From an uncultured archaeon (lineage in GTDB: Archaea; Iainarchaeota; Iainarchaeia; Iainarchaeales; GCA-2688035): a stretch of DNA of 64,000 bases. Where the stretch lies: assembly GCA_964354805.1 (NCBI GenBank), contig CAYHBD010000008.1, positions 29,169 to 93,168 of the forward strand, in the 5' to 3' direction. The position numbers and the translations under genes were made by a program. This document shows positions 30,801 through 37,721 of this stretch, in pieces. Under the pieces are notes generated by a model, which made no database searches, was not told where the DNA came from, and saw nothing but the letters and a program-made list of their open reading frames with translations. Within the stretch, counting starts at the first letter, position 1, and the number at the start of each line of letters is the position of its first letter.

Positions 30801-31970
30801 ACCTGTGCCAAGAACCGGCGCCTGCACTACTGCATAACAGTTTTCCGAATCGCACCGAATATTGTTATACTGACCATAAACATACAGGCTGTTGATTCTC
30901 TGGCTTCTCCACAACAATGCTCCTGTGTTCCTGTCAAGCGCGTAAACTGAGCCGCCGAAAAAAAGCCCGAGAGCAGTATTGTTCAAGCCTTTTGCAACAT
31001 ACACTGCATTCGCATCGCAATCCAAGCCCAAAACAGCCAGAACAGGGCCATTTACGTCATCAGGGTCTGAATTCCAATACTGCCCGCCCTTAATAAAATC
31101 GTAGGCTGAAACATTGCCGTCCGCAAAGCCAACGAAAACCCTGTTGTTGTCCGGGCTGATGCAAATGTCGTTTGCAATTGAAGCCTTTAGGGTTGGGGCA
31201 AAGTTTCCATCCCACAGAGGAGTTCCCTGAAGGTTTTTGTATTTTCTTGGAGCAGTGCTTGCGGCATAGGTAATGAATGCATTGCCATCAGAGGATATTT
31301 TTATTGAATAAGCAAGCACTGCAGCAGTAGTAAAAGCCGTTGTTCCTGAACAATCGGCCATTAAAGTCCTTTGCAAATTATTGGCAGCAGCGCCAAAAAC
31401 AGAATAAACATAGGTTCCGTCACTGGCAATGTCATTGGCACCGGCAGTAGTAATAGTAATATTGCAGTCCCTGTTTCCATTAACCATGCTGAATTTTTCA
31501 ACCCCGCCATTTGGAGCAGTGTACGCAGAGGCAACAAAACAGGAAGTCCCATCGCAGGTTATTCCGTTTTTTGAAACGGGGTATTGCCCGCCGCCGGTCC
31601 AATACAATGCAGATTTTATTTTTGTTCCAACCTTGAATTGCTGTTTGCCTGGTGATAGCCTGAAATCGTACGGAACATTCCAGTCATAGGAAAAATTTCC
31701 AGACCCATCTGTCGGAATGTCTACTATCGGAAAGCCCCATTGCTCGTTGTAGCCGTCCCACCAGGCACTGGCGGACTCGAGATAATTTGCCAGCACAATA
31801 TTTGAGTCGGGAGTGAAGCCTATTCCGGTTATTGTTACAGTGTCAGAGATGAATGTTTCGTTCGAGTCAACAGAAAGGGTTGCAGCAAAGGAAAAACTTA
31901 AAAAAAAAGACAGCAAAAGGAAAAGCAGACTGGTTTTTAAAAATAGCCTATAACGTTGCCTGTAACTCAT
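21852..31970 (-). CDS. Giant (~3370 aa) membrane-anchored cell-surface protein
   Basis: Sec signal peptide, PQQ-like propeller motifs (YALDRNTGALLW), Ig-like segments, DINxT coiled-coil stalk, Pro/Gly linker, CARDB-like domains, one TM helix, cytoplasmic coiled coil; alternative TTG start at 31985. Confidence 0.85.
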   Translation of the reverse strand: MSYRQRYRLFLKTSLLFLLLSFFLSFSFAATLSVDSNETFISDTVTITGIGFTPDSNIVLANYLESASAWWDGYNEQWGFPIVDIPTDGSGNFSYDWNVPYDFRLSPGKQQFKVGTKIKSALYWTGGGQYPVSKNGITCDGTSCFVASAYTAPNGGVEKFSMVNGNRDCNITITTAGANDIASDGTYVYSVFGAAANNLQRTLMADCSGTTAFTTAAVLAYSIKISSDGNAFITYAASTAPRKYKNLQGTPLWDGNFAPTLKASIANDICISPDNNRVFVGFADGNVSAYDFIKGGQYWNSDPDDVNGPVLAVLGLDCDANAVYVAKGLNNTALGLFFGGSVYALDRNTGALLWRSQRINSLYVYGQYNNIRCDSENCYAVVQAPVLGTGTGIAGAPIIQIRKSDGTIGWVNWRSWAPASTAAYGTGATHGSPQTLWIDNDVNGFIYPVYSNGRIQKISKNDVDVQSFPDANLWVRGNTNLYSFVMNPTKNVFYSNEYASFNFKAVDRNGMVINTDDNRFNTSYLRFSTINAFSEFTATETASSQFMDPRIMTAYVTTVTAQPNPTPYNYLRFMYGAIDTIDGSLAPGHCPSTLYTNNLFGWHILNRYCLYENLDLNHATLGHTQNGVYLSGTTTYALVTPKKWDNFPITKTFGTDNWAWLSDHNSGYNQVLGFATRFGADQNEVWSNHWGRTTFFSNTAAATSYIYDHVDATLDFNNVNPALRQWHESYFLFKPKGSGVDGNRHWQYVEQDTNAIANPMIISVSENVAGDTIDGNAYSNRVDFNATEPGLFDRNAEVFWFDVNLTGGIRPDCTDLIVTDESNNIIGLPASSSPAGLWQVDANTNTCFVDTNYALFIQDNFAKDQTKQYRLYYNAPAVSMIAPGYSDLAVYNVSGSCAAGTDSIDVNSQSWFSWANIGEGGATETVRFKLDGNDQSWFASTTHYTLNLGYMNAQTTGTGAGTTAEGLCASGSTCGTAVNVFASRCYQRSANQKIFARMDMNTANITATPHLGSAQTRKIMSTWYFFNNNGRVRVKTKLDAPLVVMTTGISQNYHPYYFWGTYSLVPQGTYNNDWFNWSGRKELMDAYVPATISADKKTAVLTPTPLPLMFTIDYNGEHFVNVSSSNAKPGKGCTVHKVWPYFSWRPVGPTDATGATTFTSAYTTDFISCDSDLNTSIPSVGNNGYVNAFPKESIYGTGLNKYVDPNLIAKFYLKPNLFIPDNRENRWLPPLALNAQYGTSAKLSSYILDVCPSEEYGYKGFDDFLSDLSNLISSSSTHLVTSNRNNISCATSVIKFTTNVGSLGTFFLFQRDVNVIVGENARPDPVYPSNLYAASGSLSVNGSLDYTFTQKSTYFWGKWFFTSSSFPFVIHAYTTTGAEQLAGQTRYAWAPSFAFNKKAYDESGFWSKADQNMTYYQSPCNWNFAANQYGDFDLGPGWINNFAPATEGVFCPSTLDNIEKYASFRPARASLYPTAAITASWAEHVMDGRPNKTTAITDLGIDAALYSRHNSLWDYSHYSDYTQVVDSFTELNEGVKHPNSQPWHCDFSRAESKSFCLVPATTTTLIYTYSPGVLGVTRPWSPYYQSDREYSVIRDYIYNRWFDTTVVANPTYDFVTEQVVNPMLSATEITVDMLYTSNNPDDYNTLFRVVFPDLTNARYQTQFLLRDWKNTAFMILSRDSREYLRLETIDLNGFMMKNSARLANAPIIVQLFKNSEPTVPLLTYQTTTDGNGDFSYSYTVPNTAEAGLYFFKANYNNDDINGTVSFKVSPISIIVTLNQTAYKAGDLIVFSAAVSDVITGLAITDADLTISIVSPTGNTLVSNVSMTNAGSGTYTYSTILDLNAANGIYVATITAATSSNTGYTTSSFAVSAVLADVLITNNFQFSDANRQAVTQIATLQNLVPNAISDYILYYQLSEAVDPDQIRSVTIGETPLVQIFVVADLNNESYRLSFDAYGNPVIYLSQDFLQNETKTATIISGNKYFTDIEHDYNYANYYSAEVENYCSVLLTPAAQTICANARQRILDINGYYAQTETLHKVPDFRAVYLNTNETYELLLDDLAALRSYSTNQSSCRLFVPGSWMLDSNVSIAALMLGPSAAPLSGLSPQVKLYNPAFSLLSSYTLNEFESGWYYNFFIAPSTGGGYNLIIDQNIGTNRFQCAASFDVNQSSATASGGTVSGGLTADQNYTLYQIFFLVQDINATTSSIDSIVRDINSTVNAINSKIDTVQASLTDMNTLLQGIDANVYFIKTNLITTASITDLNSTLLQVLGYSIDINNAVAGSNSLLSQLSSSISDVNSGINTVNSTVVDINNTLNACSFVPSLSICGKLDALSLRLLDLNSAVMGIRATTNDINSTANSISATVSTINSTSNSILLTVTDINTTSNFIKEKIILVDENIQLVRTGLNDVESMLDCSSFPAESVCQRLSDINAALNDFNSQTALSLLQIIGYVDTLETAHTAIDENLLLILNELNCTSPGGNDVCNRLITIQGYTDSLESGVSDINSTVNTVSSTVLDINSTSTAISSRVLDLNQATQIILSDTDSLKQSAAATQSMISDVNSRIVDINAIVQSTKIIVTDINTAVTDINRATSDINTTVSSIQTDITTIKGVVTDINTSQQTIVSALSTMQAILNDVNDTVHNIHTSQIQKFTAILSDFQKIEPGAIYYAKLWVFDFNGSPKNADSTPKITSYDPSRNKIVENVDMNFSETGIYTYSFSSTSGQTAGMWETIASVTVNGSTVKPSDWWELTGNPPEVKINAITDTTVPTITANVTITNEGTTSQEYQYEYCIVSEQTNQCGGGDDIDYASGAKSILADQSWNPDLTLNANNLETYWFKVKVYYGSETSAASKQFTATEEGPETPQPPGGGGAAGGGGGGFAVLPGGGKGIISIIEMPSEKAIMRGSIGFIEIRIKNIGNGKLTGLALSLDGPFIYGLEQEKTELNPNEESSFVLKVSVPSTVEFGDHIVTVRISSKEDSKEAKLIFRVLGELQSEIVVLDIRTSKIFMEGAGSVDVLLLNRGKQDMNIGVSLIVPLDWQIEKEKHDFLIKAGEQKRITFNVNASYRKGVQSLVLAIYNNDKINFAGLNESKMLFELLTIVYEMPKETGIAAPLAVSPDFITFGIIAAAFIALILVMIVFARELRKILSSLKATQQNKRQAGLFEIKNIDIADSTFSISVKPMDKDEEETFIFELKELAKTDKWKKKIETAILSRQIEKPQPMPKTILGTIVEKKETALELKVDALERKIEEQKKEIEGLKRTIPKTREQALKEKAELLESLAAMKKVKENGLATEEIFSEFEKELNKNLLELEKFIKTKQELETEKKELGSTLKQFEKMHQKGVMKQKQFLEIKGKIEAKLAKTNKLLEEK

Positions 31971-32040
31971 TTCCCTTGCCCCCAATTACAACAAAATAAT
32001 AAATAGTATATATACTGTTCTTTGAGTATAAAAATATTCT

Positions 32041-32072
32041 GTGGATATAAAAAAAGCGTGGATATAAAAAAA
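32041..32072 (-). promoter_or_regulatory. Tandem 15-bp duplication with a TATA-like core upstream of the giant gene
   Basis: gtggatataaaaaaa twice (minus strand tttttttatatccac). Confidence 0.4.
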
Positions 32073-32259
32073 ACTGTTGAATATCTCCCGTAATGTTTAT
32101 TTGGTTGGGAACATTTGCTCATTTGGGGGGCGAGCATACATGCTCCCGTCCCTTCCCTGATTGCTTGCTATGCTCTCATTTGCCCTTGCTCTTTTTCCCT
32201 CTGCTTTTTGCTCGACCTTCACCTTATTTGCCCTTGCTCTTCTTCCCCTTTCCTCTCGC

Positions 32260-32425
32260 TACAGCCAGGAAGAAGTGGAAAAAATACTGCAGTGCTTTGG
32301 GCAACTGCACAGCCTGCTCAAAGCAGGCCTGCTGCCGCTGGCTGAAGCAAAAAAAAAGCGAAAACAAGCAATGGATGTGCAGATACTGCGAATACACGGA
32401 AAAATGTGGGAGAAACGAAGCGTAA
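32260..32425 (+). pseudogene. Diverged 3' fragment (54 codons) of the cas4-like gene
   Basis: YSQEEVEKILQCFGQLHSLLKAGLLPLAEAKK/+1 A/SENKQWMCRYCEYTEKCGRNEA*. Confidence 0.92.
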
Positions 32426-32438
32426 GAAAAAACAGCTT

Positions 32439-32681
32439 CTACTCTTTCTCAAAAACCTTTTTGCCGGCAAAAACCACAATAAACAAAACAATTATTGCGG
32501 CAAAAAGCAAATACATTGCAATGGGAAAAGCAGAACACCCTTCACTGCCACAAGAACCAACTGGAGCTGCAACGGCAAGAGCAGCAACAGGGGAACCGGG
32601 AGCAGCAAATTGCAAACCAAACAAAACAATCAAAACAACGCAAACTGCAAGCATTGAGTAAAAAAACTTTTTTGGGTCCAT
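32439..32681 (-). CDS. Small two-TM membrane protein
   Basis: Two hydrophobic helices separated by a loop with a Cys pair. Confidence 0.6.
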   Translation of the reverse strand: MDPKKFFYSMLAVCVVLIVLFGLQFAAPGSPVAALAVAAPVGSCGSEGCSAFPIAMYLLFAAIIVLFIVVFAGKKVFEKE

Positions 32682-32808
32682 TTCAACCAATAAAAGAAAT
32701 AAGAGGACAATTTTTTATTCCTTTCTTTTCCCGTCTGGAATTGCAAAGCCCTGCCAGCAGCAGCTATTTTTTTCATGACCTTTGCTTACCATGCCGAAAT
32801 TGCCTGCT

Positions 32809-35499
32809 TTATTTTTTCTTTCCCTTGGGCTTTGCTTTAGGCTGCTTTGCCTGCTTTTCCTTTACCGCTGCCTGGGCGGCAGCCAGCCTTGCAATCGGAA
32901 TCCTGAAGGGAGAGCAGCTTACATTGCTCAACCCGATTTTGTGGCAGAACTCAACAGAAGCCGGTTCGCCGCCGTGCTCGCCGCAGATGCCGATGTCCAA
33001 ATCCTTTTTCACGGAACGGGCTTTCTCAATGCACATTACCATCAGCTTGCCAACGCCCTGCTGGTCAATTGTCTGGAAAGGGTCTTCCAGCAAAGCGCCT
33101 TTTTCAACATAAATCGGAATGAACTTTCCCGCATCATCCCTTGAAAAGCCGAGGGTTGTCTGCGTCAAATCATTTGTTCCAAAGGAAAAGAAGTCCGCTT
33201 CCGCAGCAAGCTCATCTGCAATCAGCACTGCCCTTGGGAACTCGATCATTGTCCCGATTTTGTAGGGAATCTTTTTCTCTGCAATGCCAAGCTCTTTTGC
33301 AACATTTTGGATTATTTCTTTTATTAATTTGAATTCCGGCACTGTAATCACATTCGGAACCTCAATTTCGGGCACTGGTTTGAAACCTTCCTCTTTTGCC
33401 TCAATTGCCGCCTCAAAAATTGCCCTTGCCTGCATCTCGCTGATTTCAGGGTAAACAATGCCAAGCCTGCAGCCCCTGAAGCCAAGCATTGGATTGAATT
33501 CGTGCAAAGAGCAAATGACCTGATTTATTTTCTCAACGGAAACACCTGTGTCCACAGCCAAGGCTTCAATATCCTTTTCTTCCTTCGGCAGAAACTCGTG
33601 CAACGGCGGGTCCAAAAACCTTATTATAATCGGCAACCCGCTCATGACCTTGAACAAGCCCTTGAAGTCCTCTTTTTGATAAGGCAGCAATTTCGCCAAA
33701 GCCTTCTTTCTGCCCTCGGTGTCCTCTGCAATAATCATTTCCCTCATTGCCTTAATCCTGTCCCCTTCAAAAAACATGTGCTCTGTCCTGCACAATCCAA
33801 TTCCCTCAGCGCCGAAGTTTTTCGCAACCTGGGCATCTTTTGGAGTATCGGCATTTGTCCTGATGCCCAAGCGCCTGAATTCATCAGCCCATTTCATTAA
33901 TATTCCAAAGTCTCCGCCAATTGAAGGCTCAACCAATGGGATCTGTCCACCAAACACTTCGCCTGTTCCCCCATCCAAAGAAATCCAGTCAAGCTCTTTA
34001 AATGAAAGCTCGCCTTCCTTTGTTTTAACAGTAAAAAACAGCTCTTTCTCATTAATGCTCAAATCACCGCAGCCTGCAACACAGCACTTGCCCATCCCTC
34101 TTGCAACAACAGCAGCATGGGATGTTAAGCCGCCCCTTGCAGTAAGGATTCCCTGTGCAACATGCATTCCCTCGATGTCATCAGGGCTTGTCTCCAAGCG
34201 CACAAGAATAACTTTCTCATGAGAATCAGCATCAACCATTTCCTTTGCCCTTTCAGCAGTGAAAACAATTTTTCCAACAGCCGCCCCTGGGGAAGCAGGC
34301 AGGCCCTTTGCAACAACGCTTGCCTCTCTTCTTGCAATAGGGTCAAGCTGCTTGTGCAGCAGCTGGTTCAACTGGTCTGGCTTAACCATCAGAACAGCCT
34401 GCTCTTTTGAAATCAAGCCCTCTTTATGCATGTCAACAGCAATTTTGACAGCAGCCTGTGCTGTCCTCTTGCCTGAACGGGTCTGCAGCAGATACAAAGT
34501 TCTGTTCTCTATGGTGAACTCAAAGTCCTGCAAATCATTGTAGTGCTTTTCCAGGGTTTCATAAACATCTAGCAACTGCTGGTAAACATCAGGCATTACT
34601 TTGCCCAATTCATCAATCGGCTTTGGTGTTCTAATGCCAGCAACAACGTCTTCGCCCTGCGCATTAATCAAAAACTCGCCGTAATGCTCTTTTTTTCCTG
34701 TTGCAGGATTCCTGGTGAAAGAAACCCCTGTTCCACTGGTTTCACCCATGTTTCCAAAAACCATGCTCTGGACAGTAACTCCTGTTCCCGCATCTCCCCT
34801 TAAATTGTTTATTCTCCTGTAAGAAACAGCCCTTGGTGTATTCCATGAACTGAATACGGCGTCAATCCCCATTTTCAGCTGCTCCAAAGGATCGGTTGGA
34901 AACATTTTGCCTTTTTCGCGCTTAACCAGCGCTTTATATTCTTCAATAACTTCTTTCAAATCACCGGCTGAAAGCTCTGTATCAAAATGCACTCCCTTTG
35001 TATCCTTCTTTTTGTGCAAAATTTCCTCAAAGCGCGCGTGCTCAACACCCATTACAACGTTTCCAAACATTTGGATAAAGCGCCTGTAGCTGTCCAAGGC
35101 CCCTCGCTCGTTTTTTGTTTTTTTTGCAAAAGCAACAACTGTTTCATCATTCATTCCAAGGTTCAGCACAGTATCCATCATTCCGGGCATGCTGACATAA
35201 GAGCCGGAACGAACTGAAACAAAAAGCGGGTCTTTTGGGTCACCGAATTTTTTCCCGAGCTTTTTCTCCAGCTTTGCCAAATGCTGCTTTACCTCTGCTT
35301 CCAAGCCGGCTGGCCATTTTTTGCCCAAACTATAATAATCCCTGCATGCTTCAGTAGTAATCTGGAACCCTGGCGGAACAGGCAACCCAATCGCAGTCAT
35401 TTCGCAAAGCTGCGCGCCCTTGTTTCCCAAAAGGAACTGCCCTTCTTCAGTGTTCCCGACCTTTACCTCTTCAAAGGAATAAACGTATTTCTTTACCAT
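32809..35499 (-). CDS. ppdK: Pyruvate, phosphate dikinase
   Basis: SMPGMMDTVLN, GGLTSHAAVVARG, GIGLCRTEHMF, FSFGTNDLTQ, GICGEHGG. Confidence 0.97.
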   Translation of the reverse strand: MVKKYVYSFEEVKVGNTEEGQFLLGNKGAQLCEMTAIGLPVPPGFQITTEACRDYYSLGKKWPAGLEAEVKQHLAKLEKKLGKKFGDPKDPLFVSVRSGSYVSMPGMMDTVLNLGMNDETVVAFAKKTKNERGALDSYRRFIQMFGNVVMGVEHARFEEILHKKKDTKGVHFDTELSAGDLKEVIEEYKALVKREKGKMFPTDPLEQLKMGIDAVFSSWNTPRAVSYRRINNLRGDAGTGVTVQSMVFGNMGETSGTGVSFTRNPATGKKEHYGEFLINAQGEDVVAGIRTPKPIDELGKVMPDVYQQLLDVYETLEKHYNDLQDFEFTIENRTLYLLQTRSGKRTAQAAVKIAVDMHKEGLISKEQAVLMVKPDQLNQLLHKQLDPIARREASVVAKGLPASPGAAVGKIVFTAERAKEMVDADSHEKVILVRLETSPDDIEGMHVAQGILTARGGLTSHAAVVARGMGKCCVAGCGDLSINEKELFFTVKTKEGELSFKELDWISLDGGTGEVFGGQIPLVEPSIGGDFGILMKWADEFRRLGIRTNADTPKDAQVAKNFGAEGIGLCRTEHMFFEGDRIKAMREMIIAEDTEGRKKALAKLLPYQKEDFKGLFKVMSGLPIIIRFLDPPLHEFLPKEEKDIEALAVDTGVSVEKINQVICSLHEFNPMLGFRGCRLGIVYPEISEMQARAIFEAAIEAKEEGFKPVPEIEVPNVITVPEFKLIKEIIQNVAKELGIAEKKIPYKIGTMIEFPRAVLIADELAAEADFFSFGTNDLTQTTLGFSRDDAGKFIPIYVEKGALLEDPFQTIDQQGVGKLMVMCIEKARSVKKDLDIGICGEHGGEPASVEFCHKIGLSNVSCSPFRIPIARLAAAQAAVKEKQAKQPKAKPKGKKK

Positions 35500-35658
35500 T
35501 GGCTCACCCTACTAAAAAAAGATCTTATAAACAGCTGATAAATTCCAGCAGGAAAAGGGTTTTAAAGCTTTCCAGCAGAAGGTTTGCAATCAGCTATTTT
35601 TGGCAACCTTGCAATATGTTTTTATAATGCATCAGGCATGTTTTTTGTGTGAGTGAAA

Positions 35659-35868
35659 ATGAAAGTAACTTATGACGGAAAGGCTGATGCAATGTACATT
35701 GCATTGGAAGACCTGAAGCCAAAGGGTGTAAAGCAGACAATTGCTTTGAATGATGACATAATCGTGGACTTTGATGCGAACAAAAAAATTGTTGGGATAG
35801 AGATTCTCAGCGCGTCAAAAAACATTACCAAGAGGGAATTATGTGCGGTTGAAAAAGTGCGCGCTTAA
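35659..35868 (+). CDS. DUF2283 domain protein
   Basis: YDGKADAMYI...IIVDFD....VGIEILSAS. Confidence 0.88.
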   Translation: MKVTYDGKADAMYIALEDLKPKGVKQTIALNDDIIVDFDANKKIVGIEILSASKNITKRELCAVEKVRA

Positions 35869-36077
35869 TCAAAATAAACGCTGATTATGACAATCTCGCT
35901 TTCTTCTTCTACAAACACAACATGCCAAGTCTTGTCAAGTTTCTTGGTTGCGATCTTCCTGTTTTCAAAAGAAGTCCGGACATAATTCGGGGCACGTATA
36001 ATATCCTTAACTGTTTCCTCATCAATGCCCCTCTGCAGCATCCTTTCTTTAACATGCTTTGAGAAAACAAATTGCAT
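35865..36077 (-). CDS. DUF4258 domain protein (putative toxin)
   Basis: FSKHVKERMLQRGI...VVF.EE...IVIISVY. Confidence 0.85.
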   Translation of the reverse strand: MQFVFSKHVKERMLQRGIDEETVKDIIRAPNYVRTSFENRKIATKKLDKTWHVVFVEEESEIVIISVYFD

Positions 36078-36198
36078 AAGAGAAACTGTGTTAAAAACAG
36101 CTTTTAATCCGTTTCGGCACTAAAAGCGCGGCAAAAAAATAAGCTTAGCTCTATTTCATGTCCTCAAAGAAAGAGGCTTTGTTTCCGGCAACCCTGGG

Positions 36199-36588
36199 CT
36201 ATTTCATGTCTTCGAAGAACGACAGCTTTATTTCCATTCCCTCGGCTGCTTTTCCCTTCACAAGCGTTCCTGTTGTCGGGTTCCTCGGGTTGATTGAAAT
36301 GTGCATTGAGCCCCACAAATCGTCAAAGTTCTGCTTGAAGCTGCCACTCGCCCTGAAAACAGCAATGTCTCGCAGCTTCATTGTTTTGTATTTGTTTTTT
36401 TCCATGTAATTTATTTCCCCTTCCTTTACTTTGCCGTTCACTTCCACAACAGTTGCTTCTTTCACCTTGTGCAGCTGCATTCCCTCTTTTATAGCGGAAA
36501 GAATGCCGTCATTCTCAGAAAGCGCCAGGGTAAGCATTTTGCGCTCGGCTTTTTTATTGAACAGAATACTGTCAAAAACTGGGGCCAT
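36199..36588 (-). CDS. PPC/DUF296-like protein
   Basis: L.L.ENDGIL..I...MHISI...TTGTL..G resembles the PPC fold; divergent. Confidence 0.55.
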   Translation of the reverse strand: MAPVFDSILFNKKAERKMLTLALSENDGILSAIKEGMQLHKVKEATVVEVNGKVKEGEINYMEKNKYKTMKLRDIAVFRASGSFKQNFDDLWGSMHISINPRNPTTGTLVKGKAAEGMEIKLSFFEDMK

Positions 36589-36721
36589 ACTAATTTTTTT
36601 GATGATTTAAATTTAAAAAACAATGCCCTGCAATCGGAAAAAAGGATTAAAACCAGGCTGGCGGAATCGAAGCAAAAAAGCTTAATAACCGCAGCAGCCA
36701 CAATTTAATTGGGCTGAAAAG

Positions 36722-37405
36722 ATGGGAAGAGCGCAAAGAAAAGCGAAACTGGCAAAGCGCAGAACTAAGCCAATTATTGTAAATTTGGGAAACATTGGAT
36801 TTCCTGGAGAGCCTGCTGCAGCGGAAACGATAAGGCTTGCCAAAAGGGTGCCTGGCTTGAGAGTCATAGGCATAGACAGAAGGCGACTCCCAAGCATGGG
36901 TGCGCAGCCTGGGAAAAAAAATTGGCGGGACAAAAAAATGCCCCATGGATATTATGGCCGCCGGATAAAGAACTGGCAACAGGTTCAGGCTGACTTTAGA
37001 AGAGGGCTTGAACAATTGAGGGATAACTCTGTTTCACATATAACTTCAAAGCTTGGGTTAGGGCACTACACTGCTGCTGCAAAGGAACTGAAAAAAGCCG
37101 AGTTGTACGAGGTTTCCCCCAATATTTTCCTTCAAAGACAAAAATATTATGAAAGGCTAAAACCTTTCGTGAAAAAGCACACTGCGGAAGTGCTGCAAAT
37201 CGCTTACAGAAAACTTAAGAGCGGCGGAAGAGTAAAGTTGGTTGTGGGCGAGCCTGTGCTGGAAACTGTGAAAGCTGCTTTAGCCGAAACCCCTTTCAAT
37301 CAAGAAAAAATTGAGATAAGGAAAATGCCCTCAAAAAGATATGTTGGAACTATTGAGATGAGGCAGTACGAGTACCCAATGTATAGAGTGACAATTCAAA
37401 AATAG
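36722..37405 (+). CDS. Divergent class I methyltransferase-fold protein with basic N-terminal leader
   Basis: IVNLG, VIGID, ADF...LRDNSVSHI, AYRKLKSGGRV. Confidence 0.55.
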   Translation: MGRAQRKAKLAKRRTKPIIVNLGNIGFPGEPAAAETIRLAKRVPGLRVIGIDRRRLPSMGAQPGKKNWRDKKMPHGYYGRRIKNWQQVQADFRRGLEQLRDNSVSHITSKLGLGHYTAAAKELKKAELYEVSPNIFLQRQKYYERLKPFVKKHTAEVLQIAYRKLKSGGRVKLVVGEPVLETVKAALAETPFNQEKIEIRKMPSKRYVGTIEMRQYEYPMYRVTIQK

Positions 37406-37415
37406 CTGCTTTATT

Positions 37416-37470
37416 GCATTTTGCGCTCGGCTTTTTTATTGAACAGGATACTGCCAAAAACTGGTGCCAT
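37416..37470 (-). pseudogene. Copy of the first 18 codons of the DUF296-like gene
   Basis: 52/55 identical to 36534-36588 (MAPVFGSILFNKKAERKMQ*). Confidence 0.88.
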
Positions 37471-37512
37471 GAATAATTTTCACGCCATAAAAATTTAAAA
37501 AACCATTGCAGC

Positions 37513-37620
37513 CACAGCGCTCAAGTAGCGAAAACAAAAAATGAATATTCTGATGCTTGGCATTGTGGGCACAACGCCAAGCAATGAAACAAAACAAATA
37601 TTCTTTAGCTTGGCATTGGG
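37513..37620. repeat. Two tandem copies of palindromic repeat family B
   Basis: 37570-37620 is near-identical (inverted) to 13179-13231; 37513-37567 is a degenerate copy. Confidence 0.75.
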
Positions 37621-37721
37621 GGAAAAGAAAAAATTGAAATTTGATTTATCGCAATAAGTCAGGCAACGCAAAAAAAGTTTAATAAACAGTAACAGACACA
37701 ATTTAATTGAAGGGGCAAAAT

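Larger units (their letters stand above)
17217..32425. mobile_element. Integrase-free genomic island at the cas4 3' end, bounded by a ~165-bp imperfect direct repeat
   Basis: 17052-17216 is repeated at 32260-32425 (about 20 mismatches plus a 1-bp indel); cargo is TA modules, Fic and a giant surface protein. Confidence 0.7.

Noticed and set aside
16548-32425. Casposon, provirus or CRISPR-Cas locus
   Set aside because: No Cas1, PolB, integrase, capsid or packaging genes and no terminal inverted repeats seen
32093-32661. ORFs 32093..32425 and 32161..32661 as genes
   Set aside because: They are chance frames running through the frameshifted cas4 fragment and antisense to a small membrane gene
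32714-32790. Possible ppdK 3' echoes (GKRKE*, AKVMKK); similar weak cases at 41041-41064 and about 15020-15040
   Set aside because: Too short or A-rich to separate from chance
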